Shown here in pieces: positions 1 to 14,720 of a stretch of 64,000 bases of DNA (position 1 is its first letter; every line of letters begins with the position of its first letter). Source of the DNA: Takakia lepidozioides (lineage: Eukaryota > Plantae > Bryophyta). The notes below the pieces were generated by a model. It made no database searches. It was given only the letters and a program-made list of their open reading frames with translations, and was not told the DNA's origin. The DNA lies in assembly GCA_030704615.1 (NCBI GenBank), contig CM060734.1, forward strand, positions 33,294,001 through 33,358,000, given 5' to 3'. The position numbers and the translations under genes were made by a program.

Positions 1-3000
1 TTTTTCTTTTGTTTTAAAATGTTTTAAAATAAGTTGGCCTTTCCAAAAAGTACGTGTTTTTTCATTGGTTTCATTCTTTTTCTTTTTTCTTTTTTCTTTT
101 GTTGCTAAATTCCAAAGGGAAAGCACCTGGGAGCGACAGGAGAAAATAACCTTGGGGGGGAGCCATAAGATCAACAGAGGAGACACTGCTCAGGGACCAG
201 AGTTCCAAAAAGGTGGTCCTCTCAGAAAACTACAGGGAGCTTCTACAAAGTATCATCTTCAATTGCAGTGCACTAAAAGGAATTGAAAATGGAACCTGGC
301 TCCCTACAATTCAGGCTTTTTGTTTTTTAAAGGCTTTTATTATCCACAATGTGATTTGTTTTTTTTAAACAAAAAAAAAAAACACATGGGCACTGCTACA
401 TGCCACCGAGGCGGTTCTGGGCTCAAATCTTGAATAACTCCTTGTGCTTTCAAATTTACAAAAACTTTATTTCCTAGCCTTCCTTGAGGTGCTTGGTTTA
501 TATTGAAGAGGTGAGGGGGGGAGGGGGGTTGTTTAAGAGCTAGTAGAGGTCTCCTCGGGTCCAATAGTGTATGGGTAGTTTACTGTGCGGAAGGTGGCCA
601 TGAAGTAATTTGTGAGTTGGAAAGCGCTGAGGGGAGCTCCAACAGTGCATGGTTCACTAGTCATTGAAGAAAGGTGAGCAGTGCAAGTTTTATTAATTGG
701 CATGCTGCATGCAGATGCACTCCTAGCAGTAATATTATGTAGAGTATATCGAGGAAGGGAATGAAGTGCGCGGTGTCTCTGTTTCTCTGAAAGTAGTTCT
801 CTCAGATCTCTCACCCTACTAGAGAAACAGTCATTGAATCGAGTAGGATTACTAGTGGTTAGTTTGAAATGGAGTGATCAAGTCGAGTGAGAATGGAGAA
901 GCTCATAAGCTGGATGGAAGGATCTAATTGACCAATGAGAGAGGGATGATAGCACTATTGAGAACATGGAGGGGAAAACAACAGCTAATTCGCTGTCAAT
1001 AGTAGTCACCTCAGTTCAAACTTCAGGATTGCACACTTATTAGGACATCAGCTAGTTAATTAAAAATAAGAAATTATATTACTTTTAAGAGATTATAATC
1101 GATTTTAATACATACATGTAGGATTGAGGATTGATTTGGAAAGATCATGTGGCTGTAGTCTTAGCAGCTAAGGAGAAAGGGATTCTTTACTTACATAACA
1201 CTAGGTGAGGATCCCACACTTTATACATAATATATACGGTGTTTCTCAAAACTGCGCCATATTGTTATATAACCTAGTTCCTGACTGATAGCCAAGGGAG
1301 CCGCATGCACCCAGTAGCATCCGCTGATTAATTTCTACTATCTAGTGGTTGACATGTAAGGAGTCTGCATAGTAAAATCCCACCTTCAGTGAAATAAGAG
1401 TGACCTGGTTGGCCGTAGAGAAACAATAATATACTAGCTGACTGATTGGTACTGATAATGGGTCTCCATGAGCAAAACAGGACGTCCAGCTGTTCAATGG
1501 TACGTGACGCTCGACTACAGACCTGAAGTAGTTAACCGACACTATCATGCAGTGTTTGCAGTACAATACCTTGCTATGTACTTCTATCTATACTGAAGTG
1601 AGCAGATGTAGTTCCTATTTATATAATGTAAAGATATTATGGTGGAAATGAGTAGAGTGGTTAAGTTTGCTACGTTAGGCTATTTACTTGCACCTGAATT
1701 TTAGCGTCTGCATTTTGCGCACTCTGCAAGCTCTGAAAAGTGATCAATCAGCTGGCTGCTACTGTGCTACATGAATCCAATATGTTAAACTCTAATTCAC
1801 TTCAATAGTTGGACTATGTGCTCCTTAAGCTGGCCACAGAACTCCTGCTAATAAGCAGAAAATTGTCTGGAAGAGACACCTACATCAATTTAAATAGGAC
1901 ACCCAGGGAATGTAAAGGGCCAAGTAGCTGTCAGTGGAATGGGGAGTCCACCCTGAGACCACCACACCCCGGCCCCTCCACCCGTTGGCCTCCCTTGCAG
2001 AACTCGATAGTGACATCAACTGGCACATCAGGGTCACCTCCACCTGGCACACTTGGCTTCACCTTTGAATTATTGATGCTCTGATCTGCATTGATTATCC
2101 CACGAAACCCCGTGTCTGTGTGTGTGTTCGCTACTCGTCTTGGTAGCAGCATTGCCCTTTGGGCTCTGTTTTGGACTTCTAGCCGTGCTTAAGCTTCGGG
2201 GAGAACTTGGGCTGGTTGTTCGCCGGAGGCTAATTTTCCAATCTCCCTACTTGTGGTGTGTTTACTCAAGTCTCTAAGGATTTATTTTCCCTCCTTATTA
2301 AATTTTCTATTATAACCTACTTATAAGTTATGGTTAAAAAGTGCCCTCAAACGTAAGATATCAAAGCTTGCAGCCATGTATGTTACAATCATTACAATAG
2401 TAAAAACGCTAAGGACTTCTGGGAAATTATACTTTCAGGCCTCCATTTTCTAAGGCTAGAACTGCCCATCAGTTATTTCAGGGTCTCAACCCTTTGTATC
2501 TCGCCCAAGAACACCCACACCCATTCTGATCAGAATTCTAGAGCAATTCAACTGTCCACCTTCATCATTGTAGTGGTCAGGACTCATAGCATCCAAGGTT
2601 GACTAATGGCATTCCAAAGGAAAGGGATCAGACCACTATCCACGATCAGGACCCATACTATTCCACAGCTCTAATGTGGACCAAGAACTTTGCTATTAAT
2701 TTCTTCACACTATCCTGTACTGATTGACGAGTTTCAATAAACCTCCAAACAAACACTATCACTTGGATGTGCATTTGCTCATGCAGAAGTTGGGAGACCA
2801 TGATGCTCTATTATCTGGGTACCTCATTTCTCCTCCATGCATATGAGCACCAGGCGACATGAAGTAGTGGCAGTTGGTATGGTATACATATTCTACATAT
2901 GGGTGAACATGCCAGCTATAGTTTGTACGTATATGGCATATACCCCCCATATACCCTACCCATTAGCCAGAATCTTGAGAGGATATTGTTGTCTATGTTA

Positions 3001-3699
3001 TTGAAATGAAACTTTTGTATAGTTCTTAAAGTTAGCATTGGTGCATGAGCTTGATATTAGTGGCGAAACCCCTGGCTATAGACGCAACAAAAATAATATC
3101 ATAAAAGTACATAATACTGAAAGATTTGGTGATAACTGATAACAGTGAGAGGGAGTAGATGGGCGGCCTGGCCGGGTGGCAGCCTCGCTAAGTCGTGCTG
3201 TCTCGAGATCTGTGTGGGTGTACCCAATTACGACTCTATTTTAAAGCTTGTGTTAGTGCCACGACCTGCATTATTACTTTGTTGATGTGACATTTGCGGT
3301 GCAAATTGATGCATTGCATCGTGCTGAAAGATATCTTTTGGAGAACCCACTGGCGGACCCGGAATGGATGGCTAGACCATTCATCTTATTGGCTTGTGGA
3401 CGGCTGGTCCGTCCACCCCACAGTGGCTTCATTTCCTTCCAGTACATTTCTGCAACAGTAACTGCGGGCCCAGCTCCTTGCAGCTGTTGCACCAGAATGT
3501 GACCAGTTCTGGGCCCTCCTTGCAGCTTCATGGCTTGGACCACCTTGGCAGCTACTCACTTACTACCACTGTTAATCTTCTGATGTTGTGCAAAATTCAA
3601 TCTTTTCCATAAAAATAAACTACTAAGTCAGAGCCAAGTGATGATACCGCTAGCTAGAGTGATCTCTGCTCTTTACAGCTACAGAAACTGTTAAGGAGA

Positions 3700-4215
3700 A
3701 TCCATGAACCAAACAAAGGCTATCTTGCTCTGTAAACAACCTCGATGTCTACTCTTATTGACGAAAACCCATGCACAACAGGTACTATAAACGAAATCCC
3801 TCCAAATGAGGACTACTATCCACGAGAACCGAAGTCTCATCTCAACCAGAACCCAGCTACTATCAAACGAATTCCATGCAAAATGCTGATTACTATCGAA
3901 GAGAACCCACACATACCAATGTAGAACGACTACTATCAACGAAATCCATGCAAATAAAAAATACATCCAATATTCTACGAACGAAAACCCATGCAAATAA
4001 GCACTACTGTCGACGAAATCCAAGCAAATAAACACTACGCTCGACGAAATCCATGCAAATAAACGCTACTATCGACGAAAACCCATCCATACGACCATCC
4101 TTGTTGATGAGAACCCATGGAGAACAATTACTATCAACGAAATCCATACAAGTGAAGGTTCCTTCCAACGAGAACCCATATAGAACGACTACCATCAGCG
4201 GAATCCCTGCAACCT
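3700..4215. repeat. Degenerate ~31-bp tandem repeat (minisatellite)
   Basis: Recurring unit close to ACTACTATCGACGAAATCCATGCAAATAAAC, clearest at 3925-4090. The overlapping ORFs are periodic translations of the repeat. Confidence 0.75.
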
Positions 4216-7200
4216 TGCAGACCCATGCAGGGCCTCAACCATGGAAATGGGCATTGGGACACTACGGCTTCAATGACATCACACGCTGCATAGAAGGCCA
4301 TGTTATATAGACAACATAATTCCATTGAGGCTTGTAGCATGTGCACAAGAAAAGATGGATTGATTATGTTGAAAAGATTGCTTATATGAACGCATAGATT
4401 GTACTTGCAAGAGTGGTGGATTTCATTTGCACCATGAATGCTGTGGTATGAGTTTGATGAATTATGGAAAACAAATGGCATACAATTGCAAAAGTGCGGT
4501 GGAGTCGTTATAGCTTATGAGTTTGAAGTAACTTAATCTGCTGCAATATACAATCATGCTAGCTGACATGCCGATTAAAATTCCATTAGGAGCTACATTT
4601 ACATTACAACCAGCACTCATCAACCATGAAGATTTACACAAGAGAAAGGAACACTTTATTGCCTACAGATCAAGCTCATCAACCCTCAGGCCCAACCCAA
4701 ACGCTGAGACACTCTACTACTGCCTTCATCAACCCTTCCTCTACCCTGATCGTTTTCAAAGGGAGAGAGGAACCACTTGCTATCGGAATGTATGTTCTAC
4801 CCCACAACGTTTCCATACACCAGAGGGGTCGATCAGAACGGAACCACTTCAATATCTCTCAGGAGCATACTGCATCAGGAACAACCTGATCGGAATGTCG
4901 ATCAGACTCGGAATTCTGTATTGCGACCGTGATTTGATCACCCACACTTACAAGAACAAGAACAAGCGGAATGATCTGGGGTGGTGGAGAGGTGAGTCCC
5001 GCCTCTGTGCCCATTGCAACGATCGGTTCCTCTGCTGCCCTTCTGCTTTCTGCCTCTGGGCTTCCCAAGGGAACAACTTGATCTGCACCTACCTGTTGCC
5101 AAGTAGAAAGTTGGGGAGACTCTTCAGACATTTCCGACACATATACGGGAACTATTTGATCACCCATAGTGAGGGGTATTATATATGAGCTTATGTGAAA
5201 TGTATGTATCGGAAGCTCTACGAAAAGACGCTATATAACAGAAGGATATATACCTGGGGGAAGAATCAGTGGAGAGACACAGGTGCTTCTGCTAATGTAT
5301 CAGAACACCAAAGGAGCGATGCGAAAAGGCCTAGAGGGATATGTAGCTGCACAAACAGGAGTATGGGTCGTTTACACAATGGATTTTACTAATGTCCTCA
5401 GCTAATTAATTAGGAAGGAGATGGAGCAAGGAGTACTGGAGCTGGGATATCTAACTCCACAAACACAGAGCATAGATGGGATGAAACATCTTATAGCCAA
5501 GCCAGGAGAGGAAGGCTGAGAGCTGGAAAGAATCCGAAAGAGAAAACTAGCTTCTTCCTGATATGAAGCAGAGCCTCTGGGGGCCTCTACTCTGTAGTTG
5601 AGTGCCTGCTTGCCCAGGAGGCAGTCTGACTGGTGTACCCCCTGAACACATCAATCATAATTAGCGTGGGTTAGATCGTGGGTGGGTACAACCCGGCCTG
5701 CCCTTTCACTCATGCTGACATGTATGCATGCATAGCCATAGCATGCTTGTGTGTCCAACACGCATACCTGGAGTCCCCCTGCATGATCATTGCTGGTGAC
5801 CTTCAATTGCAGGTAATAGTTAATCAGCACTATGCTTTTCCTTTTTCTTTTTTCACAGACAAGAAATTGCCTTGAACATCTAATTGATTACAATAGTTTG
5901 TAAGGCCGTTTTTTTTTCTTTTTTTCAATTTTTATCTTTTTAGTTTGTTTACTATGATTTGTTTATTTCCTGGACGTTAATCCAACTTAAAGTTAACTTC
6001 TGTTCAACTTTATGGCCTGCGATAACTATAATCGGTTATTTGGAAGGTCCCCTTGTATCACCCTGCACACTGATCCATATCCGCCATTGTAGTGAAGACT
6101 ACACAAGGAGGACAACAATAAGGAGCGAACTAGTGGCTGTGGAAAGGGAAGGCTGCCACTATATTCTACCAGGACCAATGCTCTTCCAGTACTTCAAATG
6201 TCTACTAAGACGGTAGAATGGCAGAAAAGGGTTGCAAATCGTAACCACCCATATGATCATTTGTAGAGCACATCCTCTTTCCTGTTATCTAACCTTCTTC
6301 AGGCAGTAGGTCATACTAGAGTAGTTTGATTTCCTTTTGGTAATATATCTAGCTCTTTGAGATTTTATTTCTCCTCTTGGGGACAGTTTTACCCATTTGT
6401 ACAGTCAGCCCATTTTGGTCGTTTCGTAAAAGTATGCGGTGTGATTTACTTTTTAAATTATTATTACTGCATTCCAGAACCAGAACTTAGATACACCAAT
6501 GATGATCAGCAGAATATGGTGAATAAAGACCTTGGTTACTATTGCAATCCACAACCGGCCAGAAGGAGATGATTAGATGATTGCAGATGCCGCTTCATGA
6601 ATGTCCCCTGAGGAGCCAAGAAGTTTGCATACTTGATTGTTAGACTAAGATTACATTCCTCCAGTACCACATGCGGAGATCTACAAGGCCTACGTATAAT
6701 TTACTTGGATTGGTGAACTTGTCCAAACTAATTAAACCTTTAGAAAAACGATAGCCCATAATCGTGTGAACTAGTTGATTCACCTCCACCGTGTTACTTT
6801 TAGCACTTGAGTAGCTAATTGGTTTGCTAATAATTACCCTTCTCCATGTGGGCTGTTACGGCCAGCTTCAAGATTAGTACGTCTAGCTAATTTATTTGCT
6901 ATTAATATTCTGTTGTGCACGACTAATCTTCATTTCCTTTGCAAGAGTACGTCATGTCTGAAAAAGCACTGTGGGCCCTCATTGCAGCCTTTGCACGTCG
7001 AACTGTGTCTGAGATGTGACTTGCCTCCCCCTCCCCTCCTCTCCCTTGGTTACTATTTATGTCCTCACTTACTATCTTTCACATCTTTGGGAGGAGCTAT
7101 ACATAATCCCCTATCAATGTCCTTGGATGAAACAATATACATATAGACCATTGCTCCCCTGTTCAACCTGAATCTTTCAGAGTATTAAGAAAATGTTCGA

Positions 7201-9346
7201 TTACCTGTTTTGAAATGCCTGGTTGCATTCCTGAGCCTAATTAATCATGAGCTGATTTTACACCGTAAGGAGGGGGCTTTCCCTGGAAAATATCCTCATC
7301 CAGATATTTCATGGGCGTGACAATCACCAGGCGCATCATGGCCCAGTGGTTTGGTATCTATGGTAATCCTGTGCATTGACTGTGGTTCTCATGCTCAATC
7401 CCCTTTTGATAATTCGTAGGCCTTCTGATCTAGGGTTCAGTCCCTTATTAGCCTTATGGCTTATAATTGAAAGGAGGTTACAACTTACTATGGTTGAGGT
7501 GCGAGTTGCTCTCTCTCTCAAAAGCTGTTATTTTCCCGTCTCAATGAATTCAAAACATTCATGCCAGAAAAATCTCCTACTGGTCCAAGCTGTATAAATT
7601 GAACCCAGAATCTGTAAGCATGGATATCTTGAACCACCACATACCATCACACTACTGACCTCTTCAATGAACTAACACTCTACGCACACTCTGATTTCAA
7701 ATTGTGAACAATGATTGCAACAGGACGACAAAGCACAGAATCCAACCACCTCCTCATTCTAGCGGGGAAAGAAAAGAAGACATGCCACTGCAACCTATAG
7801 CTGGGCTGCATGGAACACGGCAGCACATGAAATAGATAATGAAGACTTCGTTTGCTGTGATAGCTGTGTTGCCATACTAGAGCTACAGAGAATTTTTGCC
7901 CTGTATACGACCACCCTTGTATTGATATGTACAGGGTATTGAATATTGAATATTCATACCCATGGAAGGTTTTATATTGAGCATGCCCAAATATGCTTTT
8001 CAGAAATCAAATATCTGCCAGATAACAGTTTAAAAGATGGAAGTTACCAAAAATACAAAATTTCATATCAGGTGGGTACGGTATCTACAGTGTTGATAAC
8101 CGGACATTATAAACTGGTGTATCTTATCACAGCCTCCCAATGCTCTCGGTTTTGAATAGATCAACTTCAAGTGACCCAATCTGAAGTCTCTAGGTTTCTT
8201 AGAAGTTAAGAGAACTAAAAGTCCCAAACAAGGTGGCATAGTAGTAAGATTGGATATGTTGTGCAGCACACATGCGTATGGGGAGTTGAATCCATGAAGA
8301 CCGCTGGAAGCTATCTTACTAATATTATTGTGTGTCCTCAATCTACTAGTTGCTTGTAGATAGAAAAAATAGAAGTGTGATGGTGAGGGACGTAAAGGAG
8401 AGCATAGATGCATTTTGCATAGGCAAGCATTTTGGATAGGCATGCATGATCAACCACATGCTCTGTTATGTGGTTGAAGGGCTTTGAGAAAGATAGGAAG
8501 AGAGAAGGGCAATCTAGTAATAATAATAAAATGATCAAACTTAGTTCAGATGGTCAAGTCTGGGGTATTTGGAGAATTCTCCATGATTATCAAATCATGC
8601 AGCATTCAGTCCGGCCCTCCAGTCAAAGAACTTCAGATTGTAAAGAGGTTGCCTTCCTTCAACACCATAGGCTCTAAAAGTTATGTAGGCGGAGAAAGTA
8701 TGGAGCCCTCCCCCCGGGGGCAGTAGCAGTGCTCTCAGTTAGGCCAGCTACGGCCGGAGGAGTCTTCTCCATCTCTCTCGGCAAGGCCACAGGTCTATGG
8801 CAAACAAAGTCTTATGAGTACATTCTCTAGGCAAGGTCACAAAAGGAGCAATGGTAAGACTCCAATGTATGAGGTTTATGTAGTAAACCCTTTCAAAGAG
8901 GAAGGGCAACAACTCTTCTATCTATAAATTAAAGCACTCATAAATAAGGACTTCAACCTTTGCTCCTTTTAGACATCATCTAAAGGCCTTTGGTGCATGT
9001 CAGCAATAAGGGGACAAGAAGAGGAAGATTAGAAACGAACAGGGAAGTCTGTGACAATCTATGACCTTACAATCCAATGGTTTTTGCACATACCAAAATT
9101 GAACTTCATCCAACGTCATGGGCTTTCACTTTCACAAATCAAAGTCAAGGGCATGACTAAGACATTACAACTACACCACAGGCTCTATTTCACATGCAGT
9201 AGCTATAATACAAAGCTCCATGGTAAACCCTAAGAAGTTACATGTGGGATTTGTCCTCCAACTCCGAGGAAGTTACTAAGAAGTTTTTCATCCTACTTCA
9301 CAAGTAGGAGCAAATCCTAGAAAACTCCTCATTAAACCTTCTGAAG

Positions 9347-12300
9347 CTATTCGTGGGTGTTGTGCTCAATTCCAAGAAAGTTACCCAGAAGTCTTTGATC
9401 CAAAACCATGCTTGGTACCTGCAAAACAAAACCTAGCTGTTGAAGTACCCTAAAGAAAAACCAATAAGGTAGAAGAAGCAATAAAGGTGTAAAAGGTTTT
9501 CCACGTCGGAAGTGTTTGTATAAAAACTACAGATCAAACTTGAAGACACCAGACACCCTAGGCATTTGGTTTACCATTGAAGCAGCTAACCTAGAATTAG
9601 CATCGGTAGTGAGTTTTCTTGTTAGAAACTGATCACATGTCCCAACGAATTGACATTCTATCAATAATTTGTAGCACCTAACATTTCAGTTCAGACCATT
9701 ACTGCAACAATGGCAAATACTTCCCCACATTTGACCAATTCTAGACTTAATGAAATCGCGGCAAACAATTAGCATTGCAGTGAGAGTAAAAGAGCTGACC
9801 TTTTCACCAAAAAACATCTTGGAGTTATTTGCAATGGCCTCAATGAACTTGAGCTCCAAGTACTCCGGCGTCAATTTCAGCTTATTGGCTTCTGCCTCTT
9901 TCAAAACCCTTTTACACACCCACATTCATGAGTGATTTAGTGCTTACATTTCTTCCTCCCAATCATTAATGGTGCAATCACAAACATTGTGTGGCACTTG
10001 TGCTCCCTTATGACCTTGTTCTCTATGGTGTCGCTGACAATTTACCTTAGCTGCTAGATGTGAAGGACTAACATGAATCCACATGATGCTTTCTTGTGTG
10101 ATGTCCATGAAATCTCAGGTTTGGTAGGGCTAGTATACCCAAAAATTAGGCCCACAAGGGCCTTGTTCAGTAAGTGAAATCTTTCTCTGGGTGATAGGGG
10201 GAAATGTGGGCCATAGTTAGGTAGGGGATTTCAGAGGTAGGTAGTGCTGGAATCAGCATCATGTGGACAAAGCATGTTGATTCCAGCACTACCATGGTAA
10301 TCTTCCACATAGGCCTGTAGGACCTTGTTCAATTACCTCTCTCTCAACCTTTTCAAGAAAATCATCTTTTCCATTTTTCAACCCTTGCCTCTCTCTTGCT
10401 GTCCAAACTAGGCATGGGGTATGTGGTTCTTACCATTCTACTGAAACTCATTTGCCTGCAGGGTCCCTCATGGATGTGCTAACATTTCATTCTTACTGTC
10501 TCTCTCACACACACAGACCTCTATCCACATTTTTGTACCCATTTTGCTTGTTTAGTCCATCTTCAACAGTGGTAATGTCACAAGCTAACCGGAAAACCAT
10601 GACCAACCTGTAGAAATTTGCGTCAGCCAACGAGCGCTCACGAGCATGGAAAATCTCATTTTCAATCTGTTGCTGCTTCTTGCTGCTCTCTTTCTCCATT
10701 ACCTTTTGCTCCATATATATCTCACTAACTTTTGCATCCTTTTCAGCGTCTGTTACTGCCCTCTTTTTGAGAGTTTCAGCCTCCTTCTCTGCCACTTTTT
10801 GCTTCTCCATAGCTATTAGCACCTGAGACCACTTTCACCCACATCAGTAGATGATCCATCAAGCCACTTCACACTAACCAGTATCTTCTGGGATACACCC
10901 TACTAAATCATTCAGTGTCAACCTCTCACAGAACAAAAAAAAAGCAACTCTTAACCATTAAGCATTTGATTTATCAGCGTAAAACAACCCAACGGCTTAC
11001 CATCTCGTTTCTATTAATAGTAGAAACATATTGAGGGTGTAGATTCCTACAGTGGTAAGGAGAGTGGTTCAAGTGGATCGTCTGAACTTTGACTACCTTG
11101 AAGGCATCAACTCCATAAGGTATTAACCCAATTAGAGCCAGCCTTCTATATGAGGTTCAGCCTGAGATTGCAATAGTGCTCAGAAAAACGAAGGTAGAGG
11201 GCTAGAGGAGCTGTGCCGGAATCAACCTCTAATGTGAGTCACATCTATAACCCCCTTGCCAGCTCTAGGAGGGTTCGTATCCTGATTCCATCAACCCTCT
11301 ACCTTGCCAGAGCTGTGGCACATGCGGCTTTGGTTACATTGCATGTCAGACTATGGAAAGGATATAGAGATGAGAGAGGACCTTAGTGCGTTCTTCCTCC
11401 ATGATCTCATAGTTGCGAGCAATCGATGCTGGAATAGTGGGCTTAGTCACACGCACGCTAATGATCTCAATACCAGGGGCATATCGTGTGCAGTCACGTT
11501 GTATAGCCTCCTTCATTTTCTCATCTATCTGCAGCAATATTAGTGTATTGTCACTTCTAGGAATACTTTGCAAAAATCAAGGACAGAAGAAACTCTGCTC
11601 ATCCCCAGAACTGAACGGATTTGGCACTCCTTGGTTATACACACTATGGGAACTTGCATTGTATGGTGTACAGCTGCACACAAATATTTGATTTTTAAGC
11701 TGAAATCAATGAAGAAAAAGATTGCACATACCTACCTGGTCAAACTTGTCAATATAGACTTCTTGAAGAGAGTGAGCACTGCAAAACTGGTTTATTTCAT
11801 GATGGATTTTGTCATAGATCCATGTCTTGTCATAGCTTACGCCAAAATCCAGAATAGTATCATACACATATTCTTTGTTGAGTCTGTTGACCACCTGTGC
11901 AAGGCAGCCCCACCAAATCTATATTGAGTTCTTGTTGCAATTTATAGGTACTTCATTAGAAGACTCTACAGCTCTAGATATCTGCAGCAACGAGGAGATG
12001 GACTTCAAGAGGCCAAGTTTTGGGTGGTAAATGAACGTTTTCTTCAACCTTGACCTTGAACTAGCTAGTACAAAGAATGTGAAATACCTCAATTTTTTCA
12101 AAGTAGATCATTACTCCTCCTTTGGTGCCACATGGAATATCCTTCACCTGCGCTTCACACCATCAACATATCTCAGCCATCTTTGCTTGTCAAACATATA
12201 TGACAACAAAATGCACAACTAATCACCTGACGCCATTTACTTGCCTTGGATCTTTGCAATTTACAAATCAAGCATTACTCCTAAACCCTAAAACCTGAAC

Positions 12301-14720
12301 CCTATAAACTTACTGCTGTGGTGAACTTAAAAATCTGCTGAAGTCATTATCAGAGGTACAAACATTACCTGGTCAGTTTGAATGGTGACTTGAATCGGCT
12401 CATACCGCGTGAGGAATGGAATCATCAAATGGAACCCTGTGCAAATCAAGGCCCAAGCAGAACATAAGCAAACCTACCAACAGTCTGTGGCTGATTTTTG
12501 TACAGACCTACCCCCAATAAATCTCTTTGTTTCTAATTGTGCACTGAAGGAAGAACACACTGACGGATTAAGCTTTGAAACGCATGTTCGCAGAAGTAGT
12601 TCTTAGTTGCCCTTAAGGTATATAAAAAAGACATCCAAACTAGTGAATGTTGAGAAAGACAAGAACAAACCAGGCCCTGATATTGTCTTCAAGAGAGCTC
12701 CACCCCGCCAATAGACCCCAACATGTCCTTCTGGAATCTGATGCAAAATTCCCAAATTTGCGCCTGCAACTGTCACCGGCACCAATATCTACATGCATGG
12801 CACCAACCACATCATTCTTGAGCTTCCCTACATGATGATGCAGACCTCATTACAGTACCTTTGTCCATTCCCCATTGGCGAGTAAAAGGTATGCCCTGTT
12901 TTTCTAATGAAGTGATGCTACTGATCTCATCTGCAAAACACTGACACATACTTAGTGACGTCAGAGGTAGAGAAAAGACCTTGTCCAGGATGAAGTAGAA
13001 AACACCAAACCACATGAGAGATAAGTGCTGAAAAGGTCATCCTGACGTCCTCCCACATGACAGAGCTATTGGACTTGAGGAATTTCTCTGAAATCTATTC
13101 AGGTGGCCCATTTCAGGCACACGGCAAAACTCTCAATCACTTCCCTGGTAGTGGATGTTGTAGAAGTCACAAATAATACAATTTAACTTTTGCACAACTG
13201 TAAAAAACCAGCCACTAAGGCTGATTCTGCTTTTCTGGAATCTCCAAGATGATAACATAAGAGTTTCTATTCAGTTAGGGGACCAAAGAGAGTCCATTGA
13301 TAAAATTTTGCCCAACCAATCCAACAACAGCACTCAAGAGGTGATGCTTCTAGGAAGTCCTACCAGTGTGATTCCCTATTGGCTAGACAGAATCCTGAAA
13401 CAAAATTTCTGGCACCATAGCATGTCACCAGGAGCCCTGAAATGCCCAACCAAGAAGATCCTGAGGAATGGAAAGGTAAGAAAGTAAGTGATTATAACCA
13501 AGACAAAATGATAACCAATTAGCCATACTGGTGAGCAGCACCAAATCAGACTTCTCGCCATTGTCCATAAGTGATAAGTTGCTCTCCCCCCACCAAGAAT
13601 CTTGATGGGAAGTCATTCGAATTTCTCACTAGAAGCTCTACCAGACCAAAGAGTAAGAGTGTACTCTGTGTAGGGGTCTAACTTTCTAGAGATAGGGGTC
13701 ACTGTTCAACCCCTACTGAAAATGACACTAAGTACTCCCAAAGCCCTGGCCAAAAGCACATCACTGGTATCATTCTTAGGGCATCCTATGCAATGTCCCC
13801 TTCCATATTGGCAACAACCAATCAGATGTCACCAGGTTGGCTTCAACTGAGTAGCTGCCTACAAGGTTTTGACCAACACCCTTAGTAGAGGATCAGCACA
13901 AGTATGATCTAGCAAACAACTTGTTGCACAGATAGTATGGCCTGCCTGAAACCTGGGATCCCTTCCCCCAGCTTTTCCCTCATCATCGTGAGTGTCTCTT
14001 GACTATTTGACTTGCAAAAAATGCACTGTCGTTCCACATACTTTTCAAGTTGTTAGCCTTCTGTTTCTTACTTGACTCTGCACACCCATATTTGCTATAT
14101 CATACCCGTTTGTGTATGGCCATACGTCTCAGTCTGCAAATACAACCGAATGGAATGGCACTTTCTTCTGCAATGAAGTACAGTCATACCACTGGCTGTC
14201 CAACTGCACTCAGGGGTGCATACACTTGCAACTTAGGTGAGCATAAGATGTATAAATCAAATTCGAAATATGACCGCCCTCAACTTTCAGGTCAATTTAT
14301 AAACCATGCTCACCTAAGTATGATCAACCTGTTGACTAAGAAATAAAGTGCCATCCACAATTCGGTCACAGGGTGTTGATTTGAGGGCCTGGCAATCGAC
14401 ATCATATTAGAAAGCACGATGTTGCTAGTGGGGCAGTAGATCTCATCATGTCAACAGATGTGCGTGACACATGCTGTTGTGGCAGCACTGCAGGTTGCAC
14501 CTATAAGAGAAGATACATAGTGAGGAAATGAAGGAAGACCTTGACTAGTTTCCTAGAAAACTTAAACCAGGTCTTCCAACAACATGCAAGTAGAGAAGCG
14601 AGGACGGGCACTTACCGCCAGAACAACTGCAATGACAGAGGTAATGGACGACGGCGGAGGCCCCTCAATAGGTCTGCCCGGGCGTGCTTGTGACCCAATC
14701 CCCCCTCTGCTCCCATCCAT
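9347..14720 (-). CDS. ERLIN2: Erlin-2-like SPFH/band-7 ER membrane protein, 9 exons, 350 aa
   Basis: Exons read by hand, all GT-AG with consistent phase: 14720-14616, 12788-12671, 12436-12369, 12147-12088, 11894-11736, 11528-11382, 10822-10608, 9908-9800, 9418-9347 (1053 nt, ending TAG). Spliced protein has erlin motifs [67 protein letters not shown] and [16 protein letters not shown]. Confidence 0.95.
10240..10293. repeat. Intronic inverted repeat (20-bp stem, 14-nt loop)
   Basis: GGTAGTGCTGGAATCAGCAT (10240-10259) pairs with ATGTTGATTCCAGCACTACC (10274-10293) at 19/20 positions. Confidence 0.7.

Noticed and set aside
340-1060. Possible retroelement RT remnant (HFIPFLDI-like on the minus strand)
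   Set aside because: Only a single short motif, which is insufficient.
4556-5188. 210-aa ORF and its antisense ORF
   Set aside because: No recognisable domain or splice structure. It is possibly decayed retroelement sequence, but I cannot support that.
12858-12930. Possible extra ERLIN exon (AG...GT bounded)
   Set aside because: In the phase set by exon 1 it hits a TAG, and exon 1 splices in frame to 12788 without it.
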